64,000 bases of DNA from assembly GCF_009914755.1 (NCBI RefSeq), contig NC_060925.1; one strand, written 5' to 3'. This DNA comes from the human T2T-CHM13v2.0 reference genome, Homo sapiens. Shown piece after piece: positions 14,979 through 28,503 of this stretch (position 1 is the stretch's first letter; each line of letters starts with the position of its first letter). The translations under genes were made by a program, and so were the position numbers. Under the pieces are notes generated by a model, which was not told the DNA's origin, did not search any database, and saw only the letters and a program-made list of their open reading frames with translations.

Positions 14979-15484
14979 ATATCAGCTGTCTAGTGCCACG
15001 TAACAGAATTCCCCATAACTTAGTGCCTTAAAACAACAATAATTTATACTTCTTTTGATTTGATGAGTTTCCTGGACTTGTTCTTCTGTTCCATGTGGCA
15101 TTGGCTTGCCTTACTCATGGTGCTGCATTCAGCTGGCGGCTGGATTGTGTGGAAAGGCCCAAGGCTTCACACACGTGTTTGGGGCCTTGGTGCTGGCCGT
15201 CTGCTGAAGAACCTAGTTTCTCCACTAGGTGGCCTCTTTTTCCACATGGCTTTTTAGCCTCCAGGAGGCTAGGGTGGGCTTCCTTACAGACGATGGCCAG
15301 GTCCCAAGAGGACAAGCCCCAGTGTGCACGTGCTTATCCAGCCTCTGCTTGCATTATGCTTGCTAAGGGCCCGTTGACCAAAGCAAGTGAAATTGCCCAT
15401 TACAAGGTCAATGTGTAGGGGACTCCACAAGGCTGTGAATACTAAGAGATTTGGTTCATTGCCACCAGTGTAACCATTTACTAC
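14979..15484 (-). mobile_element. MLT1 (G/H-like) LTR
   Basis: aacttagtgccttaaaacaacaataattt...taaccatttactaca. Confidence 0.7.
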
Positions 15485-16959
15485 ACTTCCTAAGGTGATC
15501 TTCCATTTTGCTCAGAACGCAGTTCACCAGGCTTCAAGATCAGAGACAAAAGCCACAGCCAGGCATTGCATGTATGTTGGGAGAGGAAGAGGCTAGCTGG
15601 CCCATTGGCTTATTCAATAGTCCTTACCTGATGGTCGTGCTGTGGCCTGCTCCTTCTCCCCTGTACTTGGAGTTTCTCCAAGGTTCTGTTGAAAAGAACA
15701 GTTTACATCTCCTTAGCCAATTTCTTCTGTGCTGATTTAACCATTCTGGTTTCCTCTGTAGATTTGATTCTCTCTGCTTTTTATCTTCTAGAAAGTCCTT
15801 AAAATTTTCTGATTGACAGATGCTGCAATTTCTAGTTTGGGATGGAGGGCTTATATGAATGTATTCATTTTATGTCTCTGTTATTTCAAGGAAATATGTC
15901 TTGTAAAAAGGAAAAGAAAGCAGTGAGATTCCTGTCACTATAGGTCTGCTCTCACACGACAGGAATGCTAAAGGGAGGTGGTGGTTAGACTAGATGACTC
16001 TTGCTTTTTGCCAGTTCTGAGATGTTGGAGACGCCATAGCTTCAGCCTTTTATTCCTCAGGATTCCAGGTTGATGGAGCTAAACCTGATCATTGTGATTC
16101 AAGCACCTGCTGGGACCAGAACTGAGAACTCTGGAGCTGGCTTTTTAGATCATCGAATTCAGACTCTTGTGTTGCAGTTAAGCTATGGGAACAAAGGTCA
16201 TCCAGCAACTCAGCTGCAGAACTGGGGTTGGAACATGGGCCCCCGGACTCCTGATCCCATGATCTTCCCTGCATCTTGCTCCAGTTTGCACTTCTGAGCA
16301 CCCCTTAGAGAAGCCCAGGGTCTTACTTCTTGAGTGGGATCAGGCTGTGTCTCCACCCCAGGATACTCAGGGTTGAAGGACTTGAGGCTAGAATTGCCCC
16401 CAATGAGACAGATGTCTGTCTGGCCCCTCCTCCCAAAAGGCGATTATTTGAGCTAGAGACGCCAGCCGCGTTTGAATCCTAGATTCTCTTTCTCCCTCCA
16501 GCGCCCTCTCTCTCCCACTCGGTTATCTATTTACCTATCTATTTACGTGAGCTACCCCCCACCCCAAATGAATTACGTCTGCAAGGCAGTAAAATGTTAT
16601 GTATTTGCAAGGCCCATAATCTTTAAAAGCCCAGTGATGCCAGCTCCAGACAGCAGCGAGCTCCCTCCAGTATGTTAATAGATAGTATTAGGGCAATAAT
16701 GAAAACACTTGAGACAAGTAAGCTCCTATCAAAAGCTGAGTAATAGGGCTTCGCCGAGTGAATCACAATGCAGAAGAGATTAAGACGTCTGCCGTTGTGC
16801 AGTGTCTATTCAGACTAACAGCTGCTCTGTTTCTGATTAAAATGGGGTTGGGGAGACCTTTTCGAGCGAGTCCCCTTTTTATCCTGCACTGTCCTCACCC
16901 TTCCCACCTCCACCTCCAAGCACAGGCACCTTTATTTGCACTTAACTACTGCCATTCAT

Positions 16960-16962
<3 letters not shown>

Positions 16963-16993
<31 letters not shown>

Positions 16994-17660
16994 GAGTCTC
17001 AATCATGCATTGCATCATCACACACACGGAGCCTCAGAAGCACACACAGCCATTAGCCGACACACAGCTACACCGATATATCCAAGCACGTACACACAGT
17101 CACATCCTCACACACCGGTGCACAGTCACGCATGCAACCAGTCTCTCACACACTCATGGCCTCAGCCAGTCTCACACGCGCATTAAATTACAATCTGTCA
17201 CAAACACAGTCTCACATATGCATTAAATTGCAATCTGTCACACATATACTCTTCACACACAGTCACAACCAGACACTCAGAGACAATCTAATCAGTGTCA
17301 AAAACGCACACATACCTGGCTGGTCATATCCACGTATGGCAAGTCCTTCATGTGCAAAATCACACTTGCACACTCACACTTGTGATGACTGTTTGTCATA
17401 TACACACAGCCCTTCACTCACAGACTGTCATGTGCTCTCTTACCCACACACAGTCACCTTCATAAATAATCACACATGGCCATGTGCTCACTCACACATG
17501 GCCACAGCCCAGGCTCATATGAAGTCATGCTTTTCCTGCACCAAGATACAGAGCTAGTCTGCACACCTGCAACTCCCCAGCCACAAGTGTGCATGGAGTG
17601 CAAGGCACAAATACATATAGGCACACAGGCACAGACACCACTCTGCACACCCTCCAGGTG
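16963..17660. repeat. (CA)n microsatellite plus CA-rich low-complexity tract
   Basis: Perfect (CA)n at about 16963-16990, then degenerate CA-rich sequence. Confidence 0.85.
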
Positions 17661-18638
17661 GTGACCCAAGATGCGAGACTTGACTATGAGCCCGATGGAT
17701 GGCCCCGAGCTGGTTCAGCAGCCTCATAAAAAAGAAAATCCTCAGAGGTCAGGCATCAAGGTCACCATTCTCCCATCTCTGCAAGGCTGTAGTGTGAAGG
17801 GAGAAATGGAATCGTCTCTGTGGAGCCTAAGAGCACAGAGCTCTGACCTTGATTGGAACTGCAGATTTAGACCTAGGAGAACGCAGAGCTGTCCAAGAAT
17901 AAGATGGCCAACTTCAAGAGAGTGAGTGCCCCATCAGTGGAGGTGTGCACAGGGATGCTGGATAGTCACTTGGTAAAGAGGACGAGAAGGGACTCCTGCA
18001 TTGTACAGGAGTGACCTGGATGCCCTGGAGATCTGTCCCAGTCCAGATTTTGTGTCCTGAGGTCTGTGTATCCTCTTCCTCAACCCCTGTCCCATCAGTG
18101 ACTCCCTTCCTCCAGCCCAATTCTCTAGACAGAAGCCAGGAGTCCCGGCCTTCTGCTTCTCTCCCTTATGTGATTTTTCTTCCAAGATCATCTTTAAGGT
18201 GATGATTCCATTTTTTTTCCCCAAACCTCCATGGCCCTTGCTCTAGGCTAAGAGGGAGATGCAGGCTAGAATCAACTCTTCTGCCTTCTGTGCTCTCACA
18301 GCCATTGCCCACCCCCACCCCACCCTGCACTGCTAGAACACAGCCCATCTCTCTTCCAGCCTTGGGGCTGGGTCAGGCGGGGTGGGAGTGCTCCTCAAGG
18401 GGATGGGAGTGGGAGGGGCCCAGAGCTGAGTTGAGAGGCCAAGTGGTCAGGAAGGAGAACCCGCTCCTGGCAGAGCAGACCCAAAGGCATAGGAGCTCAG
18501 ATTCAACTATGGTGCCGATTTGGGGGCTGGAGATTGAGCCTGAAGGAGCTGCCTAGAGTGGGGTCCATTGGCTGAGGTTGCCTGAAGTGGAGGAGCTTGT
18601 TCTGTGGCCCAGAAAGCCAGGATCCTGAGACATCTCGT

Positions 18639-19096
18639 TGTCATGCCAGACCCTTATTAAATCCAGTAGGGATGGCGCCAGGTTCAAGAGGCCAAGGAAG
18701 AGACTCAGAGCCAGCCAACAAGACATGGGGTTTAATTAGTGGGAACTTACACACAGAGCAGACCAGCAGGGTGGGTTAGATGGAGAACCACACCACCTGT
18801 GAAAAGCATGCAGTTTATATAGCACCTTCCCTTAGCACCCTCCCCTTAACAACCTCCACCTGGCCACCTTCATTTAACCCAAAACAAAGGGCCTGGGTAC
18901 CCTGTAGGGCCCGCATTCCATGGGACAGGCTGGGAGTTTAGATGTTCCTCATAGATAAAAATGAATCACTGGGTTGGCCACTCCCGGATTCCTTAGCTCA
19001 GAACTCCAAACACACATTCGGGTATGTCTCCCACACGGGGTAATTCTCCGGGTATGTTTAAGTGATGCTACTGCTGTCGGGTGTGTCTGCCATACA
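18639..19096 (-). mobile_element. ERVL solo LTR (LTR47-like)
   Basis: TG...CA termini; near-TSD CTCGT/CTCTT; minus-strand TATA-like CTATATAAA near 18815. Confidence 0.7.
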
Positions 19097-19999
19097 CTCT
19101 TACAATGGAAGCAGGACCAGGATAGGACTGCAATGGGGGTAGGTTCAGAACAAGCTGTGGGTGTCCAGCATGCTGGCCAGGAGCTTGGTTGGACCTTTAG
19201 GGGCCTGTGTGAAGGACTGAATGACTGCCTTAAAGTGTCAGCGCTTAAGTGGATTCCAAGGGTCATGTCCAGAAGATCAGATGGCCAGAAACAAGAGAAT
19301 TAAGAAGTGAGGTCAGAAACCAGAGACTTAAAACCTAGATGGCCAGGAAGAGCCCTTTGGACATAAGCTGATTTTCTTTCCATGGGGCCTGGTAGGATCT
19401 GGGATCCAAGAGCTTGTCAGGGCACTTAAAGGAATCTTACAAGGATGGCAGATACCATTATCGTGTGTTCCACTTCCCCATCCTCTGTGTCTTTCCCCCA
19501 TTAGACAGGAGTCTCTCTGGGAAAGACCTTGTTTTATGCCTTTGGAGTCTCCCTTCTATGCTTCTCACAGTACCTGGCACAGAACACATCTCAGCAGGCT
19601 TTGTGACAGTTGAATTCTGCCTCTTGACTCTGTAGCTGTGGTCTAGACTCAACCTTCAGGCTCCACTGGTCTCTGAGGCCCACCTCCCTCTACAGCCATC
19701 ATTATCTGACTCACCAGCAGTGGGTCTCCTCCCTAGTTCCCAGGACTGATCCTTCCTGGCCTGAGGCTGGAGGGGGTTAGGGGACCCAACCTGGCCCTGG
19801 ATGCTGGACCCCAAGGCCCCTTGGCTGTTGCTGAACTGGGATCACCTTATTCTCTACCCATGTGGCCAGGTCCCATTCCAGATTCCATCTAACGCCCCAG
19901 TTCTGTTGATGGATTTTCAGTTTATTCTGTTTGTTCATTCAACAAATATTTACTCCTCGTCATTATCAGCCAGTTCTAAATCTTCATCTTACCTGAGCT

Positions 20000-20870
20000 G
20001 TCATTATCCTTAAGGCAGATGATCACCTCCTCCCTGAACCCTTTCAACTAGGGCACCGCACTGGCCTGGTTTTTCTCTTCCCTTCCTGACCAAACCCTCT
20101 CAGCCTCTACTGTTGGTTCCTCCTCAGCTCCCTCCTTCTTAATGTTGCAGTCGGTGCCACAGGTTCAGTCCTTATCCCTCTTCTCTTGGCCTACCCTCAC
20201 TTCCCAGGGGATCTCCTCCAAGCTCATGGTTGAAGGACTCTCTCTCTGCCAGTGACTCTCAAGTCTCAGGTGCATTTCCTCAGCACACACCTCTGCCCTG
20301 AGCTCCAGACTGCGCATCCATTGGTTTGCTCATTTCCACCTGGATGGCTATAAGGTATCTCAGACTTTAACCAAACCCTGGATTTCCACCCCTAACCTTT
20401 TTCTCCCATAGTCGACTCAAACTTGACAAGTGGCAGCTCCATAAATGGTAACTCTTCAGTGACTCTCACCAAAGACCTAGGAGTTACCTCTCAACTCCTC
20501 AGGAAACTCAGTCCAAGCCACTATGATCTCTTGTCTGGGTCACTGCTGTGGCCCCACTCTTGTCTCCCTGCTTCTGCCTTTGTCTTCATCTCCCCTCAAC
20601 AGCCTCAGATTGGAGGCTCTGCCACTTGCCCTGTTCTCACCTGCCGTGCCAGCCACAGACTGACGGTCTTGGCCCAGTGCTTTTCCCTTTCTCCTGGGTC
20701 AGCCCTGACCTCTCATTCCCATAGGCCTGGCTCCTGTTCCTACGACACTAGACCTCCTGATGGTGACATCAGCTCAGAAGTGACACAGACAACTCTTCTG
20801 TTCCTACCCATGCTATCTCTTCTATCTGTCCTCTGTCACTGCAGATCCAGTATTTTTGTGTCCACACTTA
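20000..20870 (+). mobile_element. L2 fragments
   Basis: L2 RT/3' similarity (ccctgagctccagact...catttccacctggatg). Confidence 0.6.
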
Positions 20871-23800
20871 GTAGTCCTGAGGAAAAAAAAAAAAAAAAAA
20901 AAAAAACAGCCAGGCCTAAATCTCTAGGCCCTTGGCCAATATCTGGGGCTCAAGAGCCTGCCAGGAGCTGAAGGTCATGGGGCTGGGGATGCCAAGAGGG
21001 TGGGGTATTTCTTTTCTGTTAGGCTTTCACATTCCCTGTCTCCTTTAATTTCCCCCAGATCCCTGTGAGGCAGGAATAATTTCCCCTCCTGTGGGTGAGG
21101 GGAAGGAGAAAAGAGAACTCACTTGACCACAGCTGCACAGTTAGTTGGGATCAGAACCTGAGCCACCTGGCCCCATGCTCCTGAAGCTTTGACCTCCATG
21201 GTCATTAAAGACCAAGTCATATTCCTCCCACCCTTCATACCTCCCCCTCCTCATTTTTCATTTACAGAAGAGGTCACTGAAATCCAGAGGTGGGGAGGGC
21301 CTTTCCCAAAGTCACAGAGTGGCTCAGTGACTGGGCCTGAAGGAGTCCCAGGCCTCCAGGCACTGCTGTTCCCCAGTGGCCCAGAGGCAGGACGGGCACA
21401 CACCCCAAGGCCGGCCCTCCCCCCACATGGCTCAGTTCCTGCCTCCCAGACTGAGGTCTGGAGCCCTAAATAGAACAAGCACCACCGTCTCCCTTCTCAG
21501 GGAGGGGAAGCCAGCTGTGGCAGTTGTGGCAGGCGGAGAGAAATTTTCCCTTTCTGTAGATTGGATCAGTCACTCTCAGAATTGATGGCAACGGCTTCAT
21601 CACAAAGATCTAATGCTTTAATTATGTTGTGACATGACCTGACATGGGGGTGGCATTTGATGGATTCTCTGGTGTCATCAGCATGGCCCTGACATAGGAA
21701 AGTGGCAGAAGGCAGGGGGTGGGGAAGAGGAAGGGCTCTCAGTGGGAGACGTGTCCTTCCAGGGCCCCCTACCTTCCCCTGCTCTCTGTCTTCCAAGGCA
21801 GTCCTGCAGTAGTGGAGACTCAGGAGAGGAGGGGGAGCAGCCCCTGTGCAGGGGAGGGTGGCTGCGCCCTTCCGGGATGGACTGGATCCTGGGGGCCCCG
21901 TAGGAGTGCATGTGTGTGTGTACCTGTGTGCATGTGCCTAGATACACAGGGACATGTCGGAGCGGGTGAGAGGGATTCAGACCCATGTGGTAGAAGTAAC
22001 AGCTGCACTGCTGTCTGGCCTGCAGAGGACTAGGAGGTGGAGGCCAGGGCAGGACACCTGGCTGGTCTGCATGTCCTGGGCTGTCGTGAGCAGAAGGAGC
22101 AGATGTACTCAGGCAGCCTGGGAGCAGGCTTAGCTCAGCAGAGAGAGGGCTCCCTGGCCAGGGAATGCACAGCTTTAAAAGGCACTGAGCAAATGTCTCT
22201 GGGAAGGACTGAGGGGTTGCTACAGAGCAGATCTTTTCCCTTGGTGGGCACTTGGTGACTCCCTACCTCTGGGGCTAGGATTGCATGTATCTGTGGGTGA
22301 AGGGGTTTGCCTCCCTCTTTTCCTCCCACCCCAGCTGCCTGCTCAGAGCCTTATGGGGCCTTCGGTGTGGCAAGAGTGAGAAGCAGGCTGCCGCCACCCG
22401 GCCAAGCTCATTTCCAGGATGCTGGCACACGCGCCCCTCCTCTGTCCGCCTTCCCATCCGTTCCTGTGGCAAGCTCTTCTTCCCCAAGGCCGGTGGGCTC
22501 TAGGGAGTCCCACTTCTCTGCCAGCCAAGTGAGAACGCAGGCTTGAAGGGGAAGGAGGAAGAGAGACTTGTTGGCGGGGCTCCCGCTGGGTCGAGAGCAG
22601 TGCCTTCTGGAGGGATGCAGCGTCTTGAGGAATCCTCATGACTACAGATAACAGGGGGTGAGCTGGATCTCTCTCTTACACTGGAGGACAGTGAAGCTCA
22701 GAGACACGAAATTGCCTGCTTAAGACTACACAGCTAGGAAGGAGTGAATTGGTTTCAATTTAGCAAATGTTTGTTAAGTGACACCTGCACACCAGGCCCT
22801 GCCGAAGAAGTTGCAGGTCCAGACCCTGTCCTCAAGCAGCACAGCATGCCCGCAGCTGTCCCTGATTCCGATGACGCTGCCCCTTCCACTGCTCTGCTCT
22901 GCCTTTGCCAGGGGTGTCTGTGGTCAGCAGCCCAGGGTGGGGGGAAAGCATCAGAGCAGGTGACCAGGGAGTGGGGTCTGGCTCTGGCGCCTCAGTCACC
23001 AGTCCTGGTCTTTGGGGAAAGTACAGTTTGAGAAATATAAGACCGGAGGGTCCTTTCAAGCTCAGTTTAGTGCTCTCCTCCCGCCCCATCCCCATGGTGC
23101 AGAAGAAGAAATTGAGGCCCAGAAAAAAGACTAGATGGGCCCAGGGTCACCCAGGAAATTAGAATAGGAGCCAGGATTTCGACCTGGTTCTCCTGACTCC
23201 TGGGTCAAACTTGACCATGGCTGTACCCAGGGGCCGGTGCTACCAGGCATGGTCAGGAAAGGCTTCCAGGGGAGCCTTGCATTTCTTCTAGAAAGATAAG
23301 TTAAAGAAAGACCAGTCAGAAAGGAAACTCCCAATGCCTGGGAAGGTTTCACAGCCTGAAGAAAGCTCCACAAGCCCATGCTCATTCCTAAACCCACCCC
23401 AACCCAGCCTCAGAGAAGGGTGTGGGAGGAGGCCTGACTGGTGAGGCCCGAGGTTGCTTGCTGCTGGGGCTGTGTCTCAGAGATGTCAAGGTGGGGAGAA
23501 GGCAGGAGCTGTGCCTTGATTGGTCTCTAAAATCCCCTGCAGGACTGGATGCTCGAAAGTGATGCTTGAGCAAGACAGGAGAACAGAAGGGCCTCCCTGA
23601 TATAGAAGCAGCCGCAACATGTGTCTGGACATGCACAGAAGCAGGTGCTTCTGTGTGTAGCCTGGGAACTGACTGTCCCCGGGTGGCAGGAAGACTTTTT
23701 TAGTAGCCCCATGAATGAGGAACTGACGGTCTGCACAGGTGAAGGTTTGTGAGCAAGAGCTGGGTCAGAGAGGAGGCACCTGTTCTTCCAGAGGGGCCTG

Positions 23801-24008
23801 GGTCTGGGTGTGATGGGGTAATGCAGTGTGTGTGGTGCGCCGCTGCTGGGTGACTACCCAAGGCTTAACTGTGGCTGGGTGTTGTGGGTGTCTGTGTGTC
23901 AACGTGTGGTCAGGTATAGCCATATCTGGCCAGGCTGGTATGGACACCTGTTCCTGTCTTCGTGTCCCATGGGTGTAGCTGTGTGTACCAACCCAAGTGT
24001 GAGTCTGA

Positions 24009-24320
<312 letters not shown>

Positions 24321-26708
24321 TAGTGACTGTAGCTCCAGACATAGCCATAGCCCCCAACAGCTCTGTGTGCTGGAGCTGTACCTTTGTGTGGGTGTGTTGG
24401 AGACGGCCTCTGGGGTAGCCTTGGCCCTGTGACCTGGGCTGTTGGAGCTCTGTAGCAGGTGGCCCCCATCACAAGGGGGCACTGTGCATCTTCCTAAACC
24501 ATCACCGCCGCTGGTGGCCAGTGTGTGGGCAAGGAAGGCTGGGAACTGGCACAAAGATGCCCTCAGCCAGGCCCAGCGCTTCTGCCCCTATTTCTCTGGG
24601 CAGTCCTGGCTCTCCTCAGAGTTTTTGCCCTGGGGGAAGGGAAAGGATGTCATTAAAAATCCTACCTAGTAAGTCTCATGGGAGGGGTCCATAGCGATGT
24701 CTCTCCCAACTGCCTCATTTGACAAGTGGAGAAACTAAGGTTCAGTTGGGAAATAACCTCTCTCAGACCCAAGCCCGGGATCACTTCCCAACCCTGAGAT
24801 AAAGCCACATGTGCAACATGTTCCAACATGTGCAACAGCTTCCAACACAGGCCGTAAGTGCCCATTGCAAGACGGGTACTGACAGTGCATGTTGGAGCTG
24901 CTCTGGCCTGGGTTTCTGGTTCTGACTCCATCACTTACCTGGCGTGTGACTCTGAGTCTCTGATGCCTTTCTCTGGGCTTCTTTTTCCCATCAGTAAACT
25001 GAGAGGATTGATGCCTTTGCTCTTCAAGCCCCTCTTTTCCAGCATGGGCCTTCTAGTTCCTACAGGTTAGAGGTCAGTGTGACCTGGGAGCAGTGATGGT
25101 TCTGTGCACCTGGTGGGTAATTATCCTTGTTAAAGACGGCTGGGCATTAAGCATAGCCCAGAGAACTTAGGGTCACACATGACTTAGTGGCTGAGTCAGG
25201 ATGAGAAGAAAGTCAGGCCTCCTGGTCCCTCACCAGCGCCCGCTGCCCTACCCCAGCACCCCCTGCCCTACCCCAGCAGCTATCCTGACCCTCTCTCTGG
25301 GCATAGGTATCAGTGCTTCATTGATACAACCCTGTGTTCCTCCTTGAAGTTGTCTTGCCATTTCCCAAGTCATCTGCCTCCCATATCCATGCCGGGCAGG
25401 TCCTGTGCTGGAGACTGTCCTCTCCACTCCCTTATTGAGTCCTAGGAGAAGCCCCATTTTACAGATGGGGAAACCAAGGCTTGATGGAGTTAAGAAATAA
25501 TAGAAGCTATTATTTTTAAACCTTCTCTGTCTCAATGCCAGACTCTGTGCTGGACACTCACTAAAGTGGGCAGAGAGTGACTAGTCCAACCTCCCAAATT
25601 TTCCCCCAAATGGTGCCGAGACCTGCCCGGGATCTGCCAGCCTGATTTAGACAGCAATTTGCATACAATTTACCCAGAAAGCTGCACTGTGAAAAAATAT
25701 AATTACTTTTTTAATATTCTCGCTCTGATGTGAATGCTTACTGCCCGGTAATGAATTACTTGCTTAATGAAGATAAACCTGAATTGGAGATGCACTTCGG
25801 ACGGCTGCTGCGGCGTCCGGTTTGATGCCATCATTTGCAGCTGTTAATTTCTGAAATTGATGCCCTTGTTGGTGGGATCATAAATTGAGGGGGAAATCTA
25901 TGAGCTCCAGCACTTCCAGTTTTTTACTCTGTGGCATTGGTGGAGCTACTTAGCCTCTCTGTGCCTCAGTTTCCTCATCTATAACAAGGGTATTGGGGTA
26001 AGTTAGAACTATATAAATGTGGGTCCATCTCACAGTAAAGTGATCTTTACTGGAGAATGATTGAGCATCTACAATGTGTCAGGTGAGAGACAGAGGGGAA
26101 GTGATTTATTCAAAGACACTCATGGACTCAGAGGCTTCTGAACTAGAATGAGTAGCCACAGCTTTGTGTCCAGGTGCTACACTTGGATCTCTTCTCCTAA
26201 ATGGCCTTGAAGATGCCTCCTGACTGCTGGTGATGGGAAAGAGAGCCAGGCTGAAGTCAGACACTGGTAGGAGAAAAAAAAAAACAAAAAATACTGTGGA
26301 GGTGTGGCCACTGGAAACTCTACCCGTTCCTTTACCTGATGCTAACCATGTCTGGGGACTGATCACAGAAGAGCACAGGGCTGGGGGCCAGCACAACAAG
26401 CCAACGATTCAGCAAATATGTAGTTACTGCCATCTATGGCCATATGTTTTAGGCTCCTAGCACACAGCCATGAGTAAGACCAGCAAGGTCCCTGCCTACA
26501 TGGACCTGAAATTCTAAAAGGTGTGGTGAACACATAGCGATAATAGATGAGTTAACTAAGAATAAAGATAAAGTCAGATAATGATAAGTGAAATAAAATT
26601 TTTTAAATAGATAATATGAAACAGATCAATTGAGGGGGTAATTTTGACTTGGCCTAAAAGACTTCCCTAAAGAGGTGACACCTGGACTGAAATGTAAATG
26701 ATATTAAG

Positions 26709-26875
26709 TCCCAGCATTTTGGGAGGCTGAGGCAGGAGGATTGCTTGAGCCCAGGAGTTTGAGGCTGCAGTGAGCTATGATTGTGCAACTACATTCCAGC
26801 CTGGGTGACAGAGCAAGACCCCATCTCTAACTAACTAACTTAATAACTAACAAACTGAATGAATGGATGAATGAA
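26709..26875 (+). mobile_element. Alu monomer (FLAM-like) within an antisense L2
   Basis: Monomer; TSD TAAATGATATTAAG at 26695-26708 and 26876-26889. Confidence 0.85.
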
Positions 26876-27084
26876 TAAATGATATTAAGGAATCAGCCCT
26901 GTAAATATTAGAAATGTGATTCCAGGTGAGATCAGAAAAGTAGGTAGGAGGTAGATCATAAAGAGCCTTATAGGTTGTGGAAGGGACTTTGGTTTTATTT
27001 TTTGTGCAGAGGGAAGCCACTGAGGGCTTTCATAAGGGGAGTGATATAATTTATTGGCATTTATGAAGATTATTCCATAAAAGA

Positions 27085-27285
27085 AAATAGAAAATCTGGA
27101 AAACGATATCTATTAAAGAAATTGAATTTATAATATAAAAATTTCCCACCCAGATGGTTTCACTGGTAAATTCTATCAAATATTTAAGGAATAAATGATA
27201 CCAATCATACACAAACTCTCAGAAAATATACGAGAGAACATACCCCAACTAATTTTACGAGCCCAGAGTAATCCTCCTGCTGAAT
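27085..27285 (+). mobile_element. L1 ORF2 fragment
   Basis: ccagatggtttcactggtaaattctatcaaatatttaagg encodes PDGFTGKFYQIFK, matching the L1 ORF2 motif PDGFTGEFYQTFK. Confidence 0.75.
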
Positions 27286-27289
27286 TATT

Positions 27290-27655
27290 TAGTTCTCCAT
27301 AGCTAACTATGCTGATAAGTAGTGGCTTAAAACAATAATTTGTTGTTATTATATCTCATGATTCTAGGGTCAGGAATTTGGACAGACCACAGTGGAGATG
27401 GCTAATCTATGCCCCACGGTGTCTGGGGCCTCAGCCGGGGTGACTCAAAGGTGTCTGTGATATGTAACAATTGGAGGCTGAGTAGGCATCTTTCTCTCCT
27501 CTCCAGGTGGCCTCTCGGTGAGCTTAGGTTCCCTCACAGCATGGCGGCCTCAGGGTGGTTGGATTTCCTACATAGCAGCTTGGATCTCCAAGTATGAGTA
27601 TTACAAGAGGCCTGGGAAGAAGCTTCAAAGCTTCTTACAACTTTACTTTGAAAGG
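27290..27655 (-). mobile_element. MLT1 LTR fragment
   Basis: agtggcttaaaacaataatt...ggtcaggaatttgg. Confidence 0.65.
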
Positions 27656-27674
27656 GCACTTCTTCTTCTTCTTT

Positions 27675-27902
27675 ATTTTTTATTTTATTTCATTTTATTT
27701 ATTTATTTATTTTTGAGACGGAATCTCACTCTGTCACCCAAACTGGAGTGCAGAGGTATGATCTCAGCTCACCACAACCTCCGCCTGCTGGGTTCAAGCG
27801 ATTCTCCTGCCTCAGCTAGGTAGCTGGGACTACAGGTGTGCACCACCATGCCCACTATGTTTTTAGTTGAGATGGGGTGCCACCATGTTGGCCAGGCTGG
27901 TC
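27675..27902 (-). mobile_element. Partial Alu
   Basis: (TTTA)n tail plus right arm and part of the left arm. Confidence 0.88.
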
Positions 27903-28148
27903 AACTTGAGCAACTAGGCCATGATGGTGTGTGACTTACTGAGATGGAACAACTGGTAGAGGAATGGTTTGGGGCGAGAGGAATCAAGTCTCTGTTTCAT
28001 ATGTACTAAGTCTGGGAGACCCATGAGGCCATATGGAGAGGTGTTAAGGAGGCAGTTGAATATATAGGTTTGGATCCTGGGAAGAGATCAGGACTGGGGA
28101 TTTATATTTTAAAGTCAATGTGTAGATGATATTCAGAGCCAAGAGGGT

Positions 28149-28432
28149 GCCAGGTGCAGTGGCTCATGCCTGTAATCCCAGCACTTTGGGAGGCTGAGGC
28201 TGATCATTTGAGCCCAGGAGTTTGAGAGCAGCCAGGGCAACATAGTGAGACCCCATCTCTGCAAAACATAGAAATTAGTCAGCTGTGGTGGCGCAGCCTG
28301 TAGTTCAAGCTGCTTGAGAAGCTGAGGTGGGGTGAATGCTTAAGCTGGGAAGTTGAGGCTGCAGTGAGCCACGACTGTACAGCCTGGGTGACAGAATAAG
28401 ACCCTGTCTCACAAAAAAAGAAAAAAAGAAAG

Positions 28433-28499
<67 letters not shown>

Positions 28500-28503
28500 A
28501 AAA
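28149..28503 (+). mobile_element. Alu (AluJ-like) with expanded (GAAA)n tail
   Basis: Alu dimer to about 28411; pure-purine GAAA tract at 28413-28504. Confidence 0.9.

Noticed and set aside
15222-15233. CTCF-like CCACTAGGTGGC (similar partial matches at about 56583 and 62621)
   Set aside because: Each lacks conserved flanking or core positions; not callable without PWM scoring or ChIP data.
16936-17669. His/Thr-rich ORFs
   Set aside because: CA-rich low-complexity DNA.
26827-26875. (CTAA)n/(GAAT)n tract resembling a telomere-like or L2 tail
   Set aside because: It lies inside the FLAM's TSDs, so it is a decayed poly-A tail.
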